From NCBI GenBank assembly GCA_013115145.1, contig JAAPAO010000010.1, positions 1 through 64,000 of the forward strand: DNA of 64,000 nucleotides, read 5' to 3'. The DNA comes from Perkinsus chesapeaki ATCC PRA-425 (Eukaryota > Protista > Perkinsozoa). The stretch's first letter is position 1, and each line of letters begins with the position of its first letter. Below are positions 1-13,107 of the stretch, one piece after another. The notes beneath the pieces were generated by a model. It did not search any database, was not told where the DNA came from, and saw only the letters and a program-made list of their open reading frames with translations. A program made the position numbers and the translations under genes.

Positions 1-3000
1 ACTATATTTTGGCGCGATGTCCATTTGGAAACGGCAAGTATCGTAGGGCAGACTTCCGCCTTACTTGCGTATAGAGGGTTTCGCCAAAGCTACTGAACTG
101 AGCTAAGGAGTCACCGAACACCCATCGGGCGAGAAATGCCAGTAGGGAGTAAAGTATCGTAAAGAGAATGAAGAAATGGAACATGTCATCCGAACCGATC
201 CTGAGCGGGAAATTGCCACCCAAAACTTGCAGATGCGGTAACCTGATGGTCTCGGCCAAAATGGCCACTCTCGGATGAGTAGCCAGGAAGAAAATTAATC
301 GGCTGCAGCAGAGACATAATATAATCATGGTCAAGCTACGAAAGCTGTCAGCCAATCTGAAGACAGTTGGGAAGGTCCGCATCAAGGCAATCGCTCCGGC
401 TTCCTACGTTTCAATCTGAGACGCTCTTAGCAAGTCATTCAGGTACTCGCCGGTCTCGGTATGGGGGTCCCAGCTGAGAAGGCTCAATGCGATCTTGGAG
501 AACTCAAGTGAGCCAAGGAATGAGGGGATCTAACGCAGGACCATTCACGGTGGTAATAACGCATAGGAGGATACTGTTAGCCCAATAGAAGGAAGATATG
601 CGGCCAGCTTGAGGATAAGATTGGAGAGCACCAAAAGGTCGCTGAACGACTCGAATATCTGAGAAGCGTCCGGGAGGAGTTGCGCAGTGAGTTTACGGCA
701 GCCCGTCTAAGGTCTCGCTTTCTCTTTCGTACTGCAGCATAATACTCGTCACTGGCCGAGCTCTGAGGCAGATAATCGGGAAGCTATGACTTAAAGAGGA
801 ATACGGTATGCTCTTCCGGAGCAATGCCGCCACTCTTATCTGTAGTGTCGGCGGCTTGAGGAGCTCCAAGGTGAACCGCGTGCATACCTTCATTCGTATG
901 ATTCCCACGGTAATGTGCCGCAACTCACCCAAAAGATACTCTTTCATACCGACTCCCCGAGCAAGATAGCCAGGATGAAACGCTCGGAACATGTCAATCC
1001 CGGTCTGCACGAGTGTCAGACCGAGTGCGACCAACATACCGACCAACCATAGTGCTGTGGGATGATTCAGGCGTTGTTACGTTACTTGGCGCTCACATTC
1101 GGATGAGACGTCTTTAAAAGAGTTCAAGTATGCTGCACCTTGTATGTGACCTGTTACTCCTATCTCATAGTAAACCTAAAGTAATTTTCGGCATCGCTCT
1201 GGGTAGGGACCTTGTTACTGTAACGAAGGTGTATATATCAGCTAACGGTGTATAGAATGTCGTCACTGTTCCCACTGCCGAGGCTGAACCGTCAATCCAA
1301 CCATTCTCTCGGTAGAACTGGATCCTGTCTGTCGTAGGCATCTGTTCGGAAAGTCCGGTGGAAAGCTGAGAAGCATCCTCTACAACATCCACAGCTGCTA
1401 TTCTTGTATCGCCAGACTTCACCATCACATTCGCGATGTAGTTTTGTACGGGCCAGCTTGATTGATAAGAAGGAAGAAAATCTACAGGTTAAGAAGGAAC
1501 GAACGGCAAGCGCGAAGTTCCTTGGTCAACCTGCTTGAGTATCTTTTTCAAAACACTGGAGCAGATCCGGCAGCCCACTCGGATCGTCACCGCACTGGAA
1601 GCTGATAGTGCAGGTTTCTTGTAGGAAGTGCGACTTTAAGCTAACCTGGAACTTGTGTTCGCAGTTGTATTGGCAGCGGAGTCCGTAGGGAATAAACGGC
1701 AGTAGTAAAAGTTCGGGAAGAAACTCTGGTATCTGCAATCTCAGAAGAGGTGTCGGCCGTGAGAGCATTGGTAGCTACGCTTCCCCAAATCGCCCGATAC
1801 TATTGCATTTTCCTGTTGAGTCTGGCCCCCGTACCTAAGCGTAGCTCGCCTTGTTGAGCTCGAGCCGTTAATCCTACAATATATAGGATGGGATAGGTGA
1901 CCAGCGATGTAGTCTGGGTATATCGCTTGCGCTGTGTGAGGTTAACCAACCCTGAAATAGGTACAGTATCCCGTTACTTATTTTATACCTCTCATTCACA
2001 ATATCGCATTTGATAGGGAGCTACGCCTGTTTCGAGCATCCAGACAAACGAAAAAACGTTTCTCAAGAAGGAACACAGCTTATGCTATACGAGAGGCATT
2101 CCATCACATTATCTCTTCCAGTACGACTTTACGTGGGGCTCTCGTGACTTCATTCATGTATGTCTCAAAAAAGTGGGTGAGGAAAGGAGGCAATCCTGCA
2201 AAAGGTTGTTTACCAATGAAGAGATACCCTCTATATCGACTCGAAATTATCGAGCTGGGCAGAGTGCGGAAAGATAGAGCCTAACTGCTAGTTGTTACGC
2301 TGCTCACCATTGCTGAAACTGCTCTCGATGAACTGCTCATCCGTGGGATTCAAAGTCGCAACGCCGGGAAGGAATTCCGCGGATAGGAAGTCGTAAATTG
2401 ACTCAGCAGCAGTCACTTCAGCAACGTTATCAAGGTTGAGACGGTTTCGGATATTGCTGTGAATTTCAAACCTGATGAGGCTGGGTTGTGATCGCTGGAC
2501 TGGAAATATTTCCGACATGACTCCTGTCGGATACTCCATTGCAACCAGCGCTAGAAGTATCGGTAGCCAAATCATAAAAGGCACTCGGAGAAGGAGTTCG
2601 CGTTCCAGGTATCTGCCCGCTTCTCTCCTCCTCGACACATAAGTAGCTTTACTGTTCCAGGAGCAGCCTATCGATGAAATGCGGTAGGTGACACACATAT
2701 TTATCAGCCTCTTTGAAACCTCTCGAAGTCATATTAGCGCCTGCTTGTAAGTGCGTATAAGTTATTCGAAGTCTACCCACGTACTGATCAACTTGCGCTT
2801 TTCTGCCCTTTCGTATGTTTTTTTCGGTACTCGGCCATCCTCTACCCTGAACAGAGTGAGAACTCAAGGATCTGTATTTTGTTTGCAGGTGGGTGCGCAT
2901 GATAAACCCTACTCGGTCGGCTTGGAAGCTTCTTCGTCGTCGAAAAGATCATCTCCCCTTTCAGGTAGCTGGACAACAGCAGTTTTCTCCCGTCTCTACA

Positions 3001-3330
3001 CACGCAAGCTTCTACATAGTGGTAAGTCCATGGCAACTTACAGGCGGGGAACAATTGGTCTGTCCATCGGAGCCTTCAGACGTGGTTTCCATACAAATAC
3101 ACCGAATGGGAACTTGACGGCAGAATAAATGCCGCTTCACATAAGCAGTCCGGCTCACGCTTCCCTGGGGTTTTACACACAATAAAGCCTGGAGAACGCG
3201 ACTTTTGATTTCGAGCGTCACACTGACTGTCCGATGTGCGACAAACGTTGGCCACGTCACGAGCTTGCGCTCGCCGCTCATTCGGTTACATGCACAATTC
3301 CATAGCATCGTTCTGAGCGGCAGCTTTCCT
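1..3330 (-). CDS. Polycystin/PKD2 (TRPP)-like cation channel, multi-exon, 3' end runs off the window
   Basis: Exon ORFs 2288-2698 (TM1 then luminal domain), 1165-1428 (FYRENGWIDGSASAV, resembling the PKD2 WID motif) and 2-385 (S4-S5-pore-like RLIFFLATHPRVAILAETI...DDMFHFFILF...FGDSLAQFSSFGETLYTQ). The 5' end is approximate. Confidence 0.75.
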
Positions 3331-3425
3331 TCTACTGCAGATGAGGTCCACAAAATGCCCCGACGATCATTTGAGCCCGCAAGGTCAAGGCTACGTTCTG
3401 TTATACGTTTACTTAGTTGTTATTG

Positions 3426-3881
3426 ATGCGTCTCATCCTTACTGCTCTCTACTCCGTCGTTCTCAAGGCGGGCCTGCTGCGTCCTGCCAGACACAGTCAC
3501 CCGGTCAACCTCCACGATGAAACAAGCTACTTCGCACTCATGGATGATGCCGACACCTGGGTCGAGCTATCATTGGTTCCGGACGGAAATGGTGGAGTAC
3601 AAGCGGACATTACCGTGCACTGTGGCGACCAGAGCGAGATCGTTGTCGAAACGCCAGCCATATGTACGAGCGAGTCGGAGTTGCAGTGTGACGAGGCGAT
3701 AATCCGGGGCTTCGTTGGAGAGCTGAGCCGGCGGTGCCCCGAGCTGGGGGCTACGGAATGCGATTTCCTCACAATCAGCTTTCCTCCACCAACTGGCGAT
3801 CGCGATCCGTTGTCGTCTCCGGAAATCGGCATACTTGTCGGAAGACTGCCACTAACTCTGGCGCGTGGAGGATCCGATTGA
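3426..3881 (+). CDS. Intronless secreted orphan protein, 151 aa; probable distant relative of the 13.8-16.1 kb triplet
   Basis: ATG at 3426, hydrophobic N-terminus MRLILTALYSVVLKA, and a V-x-C...F...RC..L....DF pattern shared with the triplet. Confidence 0.65.
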   Translation: MRLILTALYSVVLKAGLLRPARHSHPVNLHDETSYFALMDDADTWVELSLVPDGNGGVQADITVHCGDQSEIVVETPAICTSESELQCDEAIIRGFVGELSRRCPELGATECDFLTISFPPPTGDRDPLSSPEIGILVGRLPLTLARGGSD

Positions 3882-3992
3882 GCAGGAAACAATTCGAAAG
3901 ACACATGTCGATGATGTTTATGAGATCGACGTCGATGATGTTGTCAGTTGTTACCTATGCGGTATAGACTATACTTTGCGTTAGTATGGATG

Positions 3993-6900
3993 TCAGAAGT
4001 GAACATATTGAGCGGCAATGTCCTCATAATCATTGGAATCTCCAATGGAGGAGTCATCGAATCGAAGAATCGCACGACTCGCTATATCGACAGTAAACTG
4101 AGAAAGAGCATACTGATACCATCAGTAGTACTGATTCCGTACTGTGATGGAAGGTAAACCCGAATGAATCTAGGATAGGAGCGGAGAACATGTGACTCTC
4201 ATCATAAGACCAAGTACTTGAACATATCAAAGTATGATCCTGAGGATGTCTAAGCAGCTCACAGACCCTCCGAGGCTTAACCTCATAGCTTCCCCGAAAG
4301 GGAATCTATCCACAGCCATAATCTACATCGGCATCGATGGCCTCTCTGTTATAAGCGGGCGTGCTGACAACGCTAATTTGCAAAAGGAATCGCAGAATTG
4401 TGACATCCACATCGTTCGCTTCCCGTTGGTTATTATGCGGCCAGAACTATTGACCTCTTATAACATAACTAATCATATCAAGGGAAGCTTGAGTCCAGAC
4501 GATACTTAGGTCCGAGTACGTGACAATATGCATGCAATGGTGGTTCAAGTTGAGCCGCTCACCCAGACTATCGAATGATAGGCATACAAAATGGGCTCGA
4601 ACCCTTGAACATCATTTCAGTTCAGCTTCTGATGGGTATGCCTCTCTACACTAGGCTGCCTGCTTCCCTCAAATTCAGCCTTCACCGTCAATGCTACCGT
4701 TCTGCCTGCATCTGTTGACAAAGACGAAAAGGAAAAAAGACACCGCAAGAAGTTCTTACTAAGAATAAAGACAAATCTCATGTTGTAAGGGATAGACATG
4801 CTGAATGATCGCCGTTATCTGGAGCACCTTGAGAAGTTCTTTAGATAACATCTAAGTGTCGGCGACTGCTGGTTATATAAGCTGAAGCTTTGTCTTTTAC
4901 CGTCCACCATCGTGTATTGCAGGCCCGACTAGACCTGAGTTCAGACTGGCGGGTGGTGGCAAGAGTGTATTGCGATCACAGAAGATAACGCAAAGCGAGC
5001 TCTAGGCACCAACGGTACTGATGAATAATGGTCACATTATGAACAACATTCTGGTCATGATTGAATGGCATCTATTATGGTTTCTATTCTAAGCCGACAA
5101 ATCGGGCATTTCCCACTACTGTCCTTGACACCAGCAGCACAGTCTAGGCACATACACTGGTGTTTACCTAATGCTCAAATAAACAACAACAATAGTGAAT
5201 GACACCACTAAACTCACAAGGCAATAAAACTGTATTAGTGGCATTTTCGAAGCACACTTTACAGAGACCAGAGTCCTGAGTAAGAACAAAGAGCATCTCA
5301 GCTTGATGGTCTGAGTATCCTTACTTCATCAAGGTTTGAACCGAATAAGCTGCCACTCCTCGACAGATGACCGTGCGACCGAGACCGCCTTTGTGATGAG
5401 GCTCGTCTGTGACCTGAACTGTGTCGATGACCACTGCTGCTAGCCTTGCTTCGCGCTCCCATTGACATCTGCGTTCTCAGAGCAGGAGGCGGCCGCGCAA
5501 TAGTCGTATCTTTGCAACCGTGAACTGGGCAAACTGAAGGCGCGCACCTTGAGTGTCGTTTGTCTCGTTTTTGGTTGACGATTCCAATACGGGCGAAAGA
5601 GGACCTGACCAGTAGGATAGCATGCCACGGTTGCGGTACTTTGTACTGGAATCAGCTGGCATTGGACTCTCCGCAGTCAAGGGGCTCATTATATCGTTTT
5701 CTCCCCAAGATCCACCAGCTCCGTCTCGAACTGATATCATTTCTCTTCCGAGGCCCACAGTTGAAGCACGAACGAGTGAGCCTCTTGACGATGATGCTAG
5801 AAAGAACGAATAGATGAGGAGGATGGCGATGCTTCCTTACATGCCCTTCGAGAACCTCCCCTAGATTGGGCATTCGGTGATTGTGCCACCATCGGCGATA
5901 ATCTACTGCTTGCAAGAGACATGTTCACGCCGTGAGCAAATAAAAGATTGTGTTGCTTCAACTGTTGGAGGCACTGAGAGCTGGCTGACCCATGTACAGT
6001 TCATTGGGGTCACCTCTTCAAACGGTCCACCCGAAGTATCCAAGGGAGCATCATCCCGGTTAGTTAGATGACGCTTCGCCATCGCCTAATGAGCACCATG
6101 ACCGTCGGTGATGCCTTTATGCTCACTGATGTATATTCATCTTCTATACAGGGCAATGAATCTTCAACGAGTTCTGCTGCTTCTGCGGTACTAAGCCCGC
6201 TCTAATGATCTACATTCAACCACTCGTTGCACAAGATCTGTCTACTTTTCCTAGGATCCTCAGAGTTCGCCGTCTCTCTTGTTCGATACATTGCGGTGCT
6301 ACGAAGTTCTGCGTATCGTCAGTTGGAGGATCTGCACGAATGCTCTGCCGTCGCCGGATTCGCTTGTCGTACCGGAAGCAGCAGCCTCGGCAGCATCCCT
6401 TCTGGGAAGCGGAGGCACTCCATTTCTAAGCAGTTGTTAAATGGTGGCGTGTTTGAGGTGCATTATAATGGTCACTTTTTATAGTAATAATTCACAACCT
6501 CCCGTGGAACCTCATCCAGAGTGGCCATTGCGAGCTCCGTGTAAGACTTGTCCTTAAATTCATTGAATGGCACAAATTGGACCTTTAAAGGCATTTATCG
6601 AATAATGAGGGTCAACGATTCTACAATGTCCCTTTCCATAATAGAGTGATCAAATGATGACACGAGCGGTCGATCGTCGGCATCGAGCTCATCCTGAGGA
6701 TAAGTTCATAGCAACAGGATAGGCAGGAATGATCGTGTGATCAGTAGAGTAACAGTCGATGATAGCATACAAGTGCCAGGTTGAAGCTGCAGCACCGATT
6801 TGGGGCAGAATAGAGGTCGGACTCGCTATAGAGCATTGATCTACGAGTAACTAATGAGGAGAAACTGACCATCATGCCAAAGTCTTGATCTCCAACTCCA

Positions 6901-9560
6901 ACTATTATAATAGACAAAGGGGTTTTTGAAGCTTCAACCTAACGGCAAGTCTTATGGAGCTGAATGAGGCGACTATAGGAGGACGTACAATAGCGTCTAT
7001 AGTGGCTTGGAGATCGACTATCGCACCGTCGGTGAGAATTAAGAGAATGAAGTACCTGTAAGACTCTACATTGCGGGCAGCTGTAGAGGATAAGGACCCA
7101 CTTCTGCTCGTTCGTCTTCTTCACGTTGTATTGCTCAGCCCACTTGGAGGCCAAATGGATTATCTATAAAAGAATATAACTTCTGATACAAAAAGCGTAT
7201 TTTACATCAGAAAACATGGTAGGGCCGTGTAAGTGTACAACTTGTAAAGCCTTCCTATATGCGTCTACTATACCATCCACACCAGCTACCTCCGGTAGAA
7301 AATAATTTCCCTGATCACGAAGGATCCATGAAGCAAGGGAATCTTTCCTAGCACATTGCAGGCAAAGAGATGACTTGTGTGAGTATAGTCCGGCGGCAGT
7401 TTGGCTCCGAATCCGTATACTGGGTACTTCTTATCTGATGATGGATGGTCTAAGAGCAACGACTGGACGAGACGCTTGCCTTGGTCATAGTGTTCTAAGA
7501 TCTCTCCTACCGCTCTGATGGCCATCACATAATCTGAAATCACCGTCCGCCATCAACCACCACTAGGATTGAATTTCCTCTACCATTTGCTCTCCCTGGA
7601 TCATAGTAATGAAGAGATGTAGGAAGGTTAGGGTCACCGTTGGAGAAGGTGAAGTCTATCGCTACCTAAGTGTTACTTGACACGGACGTGCTGCGGACAG
7701 AGGGGGGTCTGACTATAAGATTTATCTCGAGGCCTCCTTCAACATACTCAAGAAAGGAAACATGCTTCACCAGCTCTGAGATGCTACTTGCTCGGCTCGA
7801 CGTCACCAAAGTACTTACCAACGTTGTCTAGGACTAAGGCACCTGTTTTGATGGACCCTCCGGGACCAGGCGACAGAAGGTCCACAGTGACGGGCACCTG
7901 ATAGTCGTCAGTGGTGAAATGTTGCCGAGCAGCAGCCCAAAGTTTTCATTGGTATTGCTAATATATTCAGTAGCGTCTCACTTGTCTCAATGATGCGGAC
8001 TCGAAATCTTCCAGGCAGCATGCGCCGGTACCAATGAGTTTATCGGGCCCTTTCTTATCGAGCAGTTGGAATAACTGAGAATAGGGTTCTCGACCATCAC
8101 AGGCCAGAGTGGGTAGATTACTATTTTTCTCGTTGCCTCTCCTCGACATAAGGACTCCACGGACAAGTCGGTGACCGAGAAACCTGCAATGAAACGTTCC
8201 ATGATTGAAACTAATCCACGTGCTTCCTCGTGGATAAATGAACCGGTGACAATGGCTGCTCGTCGGCATCTCACGGCATCGAATTAGCGGGCAAACAACA
8301 TATATAGACGTGTCGTTTGTCTGGCAAGTTGATATCATTCATAATTTTCCTTGCAATAATAGAGAGTAACTGGCGCCGGTCTATTGGTTGCCCCTCTGAC
8401 TTACTAGGCTCTATGTTATCATTAGCCACCTCCGATCTGTACACAACAGGCAGAGGTGTTCCTGCACAGGCCTGCCAAGGACTAGCTTTCTTAAAGCTAT
8501 CTGGAAGTCACCTCAGCCGCTGGCATTGTCCGCGAGATCACAACATAGTACTGAGGTTTGGAAAGTAATCCTCCCTTAGGAAGGCTCGAACTGATTAAAG
8601 CTGTGTTAGTGTTTGATCCTGGGAGGTCCCACCCTCTCATGTTGAATTTAACGCTTCGCTTCAATCCTTGAACCTCCTCCGCGATTATTGTTATTTTACC
8701 TTCCAAGCTTTCAGTTGTGCAAGTGAGATACTCAAGACTAGCGTACCATTTCCAGTGGGTCTTGTAGGATGCTCCATCTCCCTTGTCACAAGTCCACCGG
8801 CGCTGGTTACTATCTCGGCCAGAAACATCTCGGAGAGCCCGAGAAAGTCGCTCTCCCTCACTTTGCCGTTGTTACCAGGCACATGGTATCTATTGACCCT
8901 CGTACTGTGGCGTATATTTATCAAATAAGAAGTTGTGTGAACGCACGTGCTACCAGAATCAACCTCACTCGGGGAGGGATTGAGGGACATTCAGTGCCAC
9001 TGAGAAGGAATACGGTTGGTGTTTTACTAGGAACATACTGCATCCAAAAGATTCCTATCATAGAGTAAATTCACGAACAATTTATGCGCCTCGAAGAGCA
9101 CTTTGCATGGGGTTAGATGAATCTCTGAGCTTACACTTCGAAGCGGACTCTCTGTTGAACTTCGAAGAAGAAGTCAACAAAGACGCCTTGGGCGAATGTA
9201 GGGTTCTCAGTGTCGGGCAGTATCTCCGTTTTGCCTGGATAATTGGCCAATCGCCAATCTCAAAGATGTCACATCTTTCTCACCAACAAGTTGATACTTT
9301 TCCACACCAGCTTTGAGATATACTTTAACTCGGCAGTTGGAATGCCGTCGCAGATTGCTACATGCTAATTTAAGCTCTATTCGAGTAACTAAGATATGCT
9401 CGGTTATCGTGTCTGGCAAGGCTATTCTTTTCCCACCCAGGTCGGGTGCTTGTGCGGTTTCGTCCCCTATGGCTTGGCGTGCAGCTTCTCGTACTTCATC
9501 GTTATCGCCTTTTATACCAGTTTGGTAAGTTGCTGATGATGATGATTGTCTGCAACCCAT
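3993..9560 (-). CDS. Copine (C2-C2-vWA) with N-terminal MGCRQS acylation motif and a probable long C-terminal extension
   Basis: vWA exons show YVMAIRAVGEILEHYD, KKYPVYGFGAKLPPDYTHTSHLFACN and VQFVPFNEFKDKSYTELAMATLDEVPREVVNYY. C2-like exons lie at 8000-9400. The copine core (about 6050-9560) is secure; the extension to 3993 is inferred from in-frame GT-AG joins. Confidence 0.8.
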
Positions 9561-11715
9561 TTATATATTCTACTAATAACTATCGGGTGAATGATTGTTC
9601 AACTGAACTGTTCATTGTTGAACTGGCTGAACAGTCAGACTATTCAGCCTTGTTGCCAATTTGACAACTTTCACAGTGTCTTGGCAGCCCGTATATGCAG
9701 CCTCTATATTACCCCAAGAGATGAGGCCTAAAATACGCTTCATACTGCTAGGGTTAGGTAGAAATATTATGTAGACAACTAACACAACTACTCAGTCTAG
9801 AGGCAAAGGCGTCGTGTAGAAACCGTCTTTCGGGGATACATACCAGCAAGCCTCTTTATCCGAGGTTGACTAGGACTGCAACGGCCTTAAGAGAAATAAA
9901 AGATATTTAACTGATAAGAAATGTGGCCATTTCATAGCATTTAACATCTCAGTGCCATGTAACTATTCAATTGGCGAGCGCTAAGTAAAATGCGCTGTGA
10001 ATAGCACATGCGTGCAGCAGCTTAACATCCTCATACCACCACCATCTTCTTTTTTGCCGATGTACTTCTCATCATGCCGTTCCACTCTTTACTGCACTTT
10101 TTACTATATTCATGCAGTCGGGCCGCTGAGCAAACGAATTCTGAAACTAAGAATCTACTCCTGAGAAATTCATTTGTATGATCAACTCAGTGAAGACCTC
10201 GTTTTTACTATTTTTATCATACTTGTTATCATGAAAGCAATTTTCATGGTGCTCGAGGAAGGACAATTTGTACTGAGAACTTCTGCATACTAGTCGATTG
10301 CCATCCAGTGTGAGAATCCTTTTTTCACACTGACGTGTCTTTTACACCCTTTTTTGATTCCTTTACCGAGTGCGGAATTATAAAGGTGCAGTTGATGGAC
10401 AAACTGTTGAACATGCTATCACTTTAAGTCCATTGTATAATGTCTGTTGCATGCGGCACTCTCTCAGCATCATTCGGGCTTCCAATAGACTACGCTTCTT
10501 CAGGTGGTCAAATGAACGACTTCCCCTCGAACAGGCCCACTGGCCAGGTGAGTCGGTTGAATAGAACGTTACCTGTATTACCAGACAGGTCCCTGAGGAG
10601 CTATGGAACGTTGACTCCAACATTACTATATGGAAACAACATAAAGTAAGGAAAACCGCTGCCAAATTGGCGCACGCAGTCCATCGACATGATCAAATAC
10701 GACGGTTGAAACTGCCTGGAAGCGAGTACCGCTCTCTCTACAATTGGACTAAATTGTCATTACTAGGCGGCCGAGCAACAGCGGCATGCTCAGTGCAGAC
10801 TCGTGCTTCCTCGAAGCCTGGGGATATCCGCTAGGGTTGCGGGATCGCCAGGGCCGACCATGCTCGATGCTTCGGCCAGTTAATTTGCGCAGAGGTTTCA
10901 GAAGTGTACAGAAGTGAGCCTGTATAGGTTGCTTTTACGCTAGTATGATTGTAGTTTCTACGAGACCTCCGTTGAGGGGCTCTATCCTTCTGGTCACAAA
11001 AACTTCCCCGTTCATCGACCGTATGACCAGTTTGGTAAACCATTCGCCTCTACTTTGAGGCGAGGATGGGAGGGTTGGGAACATGTTGCTAAACGGGAGG
11101 CAGCTAAGATGTCACAGGGGGTGCATTCCCATTCGACGAGGGGCCTCAAGAGCACCTGCTACCCCCAGACCAACTGTGAGGTCAATCCAGCGGCCATTTA
11201 CACACTGAAGTACCGGAAATTCGGTGAGGAGGAGGCAATGCAAAGATACCCTGGGAAGACGGCGCTGCCAAGGCTGGGCCGGAGAGATGATAGAACTCTA
11301 CAGGCGTTGAGGTCACTGAGTGGGGGAAGGGTATCGTCGGATGGAGATGGGGAATTAACGGTACACAGAACCCCAGTGCAGAGCTCGACAGCACCTTTAA
11401 GTAAGAAGGCATTAGAAGTTGGTCCAATGCTAGGGGGCGGTCCGATTCTACGAAATAGTTCCAGACACATGAGGGGAGGAAAGATTGAAAATAGTTGGAT
11501 TTGTGGGTGAAGTGGTTGGTTTAGGTGCCCGGAGAAGTCGGACTCTTCCAAGATGACACTATTGCATGTTTTATGTTGTGTAATCCTCGTTGTCATTGTG
11601 CCCTGTATCATCTTGAGTTCAGCCGTTCTAAGGCGCTTCAGATAAGGGGAAATGGTGGAATGGCGGGTGGATATTCTTCGTAGGATTTAACAGAGTTTGT
11701 TTAAACCTCTGGAGC

Positions 11716-13107
11716 ATGCAGTCAATAGTCGACTACTTCGATGTTCGTAAGGAATTTGTATCCTATCTAGTGTACCACAGAAACCCCCTCAACAGGCTCA
11801 TTCATATGGTACCATCCCTGCATGCATATCCACAATTAATGGATGTTTGCAGGTTACCGAACCAGTGCTGTATATTTGTCTGCTATTCCTGGCTAATAAC
11901 TTCCTACCACCTTTGGATGGTACTGGTGTTAACTTTGCGGTTATCATTAATCTAGTTTATATGATAAGCTATATCTTTATGGAGATTCCAGCTGGCATTC
12001 TATTTATGCCATTCATGGGTGTAATGTAATAAGGGAGGATGATGACCATCCGTAATGCAACTTAAACACAGTCCACTGTGTCCCAACTCGTTTTTAAAGT
12101 TAGTAAATCCCATCTCATTGGCGGTTTCGTCTAGTTGGTATATATATACCTTCAAAATGTGGTCTCCTAAACCGTTCTACGGCCGGTGATGACTAGTGAA
12201 TCGAAATGTCCTGTGATCGAGACAATGTTTTCGACCCTTTATAACCCTTCTATACTCCTTTATATTCCTTTATAACCCTTCTATACTCCTTTATATTCCT
12301 TTATAACCCTTCTATACTCCTTTATATTCCTTTATAGCCCTTCTATACTCCTTTATATTCCTTTATAACCCTTCTATACTCCTTTATATTCCTTTATAGC
12401 CCTTCTATACTCCTTTATATTCCTTTATAACCCTTCTATACTCCTGTATNNNNNNNNNNNNNNNNNNNNNNNNNNNNNNNNNNNNNNNNNNNNNNNNNNN
12501 NNNNNNNNNNNNNNNNNNNNNNNNNNNNNNNNNNNNNNNNTTACATTCCTTTATAGCCCTTCTATACTCCTTTATATTCCTTTATAGCCCTTCTATACTC
12601 CTTTATATTCCTTTATAGCCCTTCTATACTCCTTTATATTCCTTTATAGCCCTTCTATACTCCTTTATATTCCTTTATAACCCCTCTATACTCCTTTATA
12701 TTCCTTTATAACCCCTCTATACTCCTTTATGTTCCTTTATAACCCCTCTATACTCCTTTATATTCCTTTATAACCCCTCTATACTTCTCCCTTTAAGGTA
12801 CTATGTAGCAGTCTACATCCTCCATAAAGAGCAATGGATGTGGGTTATCCTTATCCAATTCGGCTGTTTCGCCCTTTTATTGCTATCCCACCACTTCCTA
12901 GAAAAGAAGACACCCCCCTTCCAGCCGTTCCTCCTTCAAGGCTTCCACGCTGCGCTGTTCTTTGTATGGCTCGATGTAAGTCGCCACTAAGTTACCTCCA
13001 CGCCGCTGACCGTTTCCGTTCAGTTACTATTCCAGTTTGGCTACAAGCGTCACCTCCACGATGAGATAGACGCTTTGGTGACATCCGAGTTGAAGAAGAC
13101 TCAGTAA
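11716..13107 (+). CDS. DUF962/Mpo1-like ER membrane protein, copy 1 (4 exons)
   Basis: YLVYHRNPLNRLIHM motif, TM helices, downstream exon LLLSHHFLEKKTPP...FFVWLD and last exon LLFQFGYK...KKTQ*. Intron positions match copy 2. Confidence 0.85.
12236..12786 (+). repeat. 31-bp pyrimidine-rich minisatellite (TTATAACCCTTCTATACTCCTTTATATTCCT), spanning the 91-N gap
   Basis: Directly visible tandem units on both sides of the N run, inside intron 2 (12026-12797) of DUF962 copy 1. Confidence 0.97.

Noticed and set aside
4594-4606. GGTTCGAGCCC B-box match on the minus strand
   Set aside because: No A box or tRNA arms, and it reads as coding sequence (DVQGFEPI).
5859-5945. Minus-frame CSRREHVSCKQ*IIADGGTITECPI*, a RING-like pattern with TAG at both second-Cys positions, suggesting stop recoding
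   Set aside because: Another frame gives a clean spliced ORF (MSLASSRLSP...SRRA then GTAAGG donor), so the pattern is a coincidental shadow.
12236-12786. Regularly spaced ~30-bp repeats as a possible CRISPR array (also 41797, 43332, 47451)
   Set aside because: The units are head-to-tail with no unique spacers, sit in eukaryotic introns and have no cas genes nearby.
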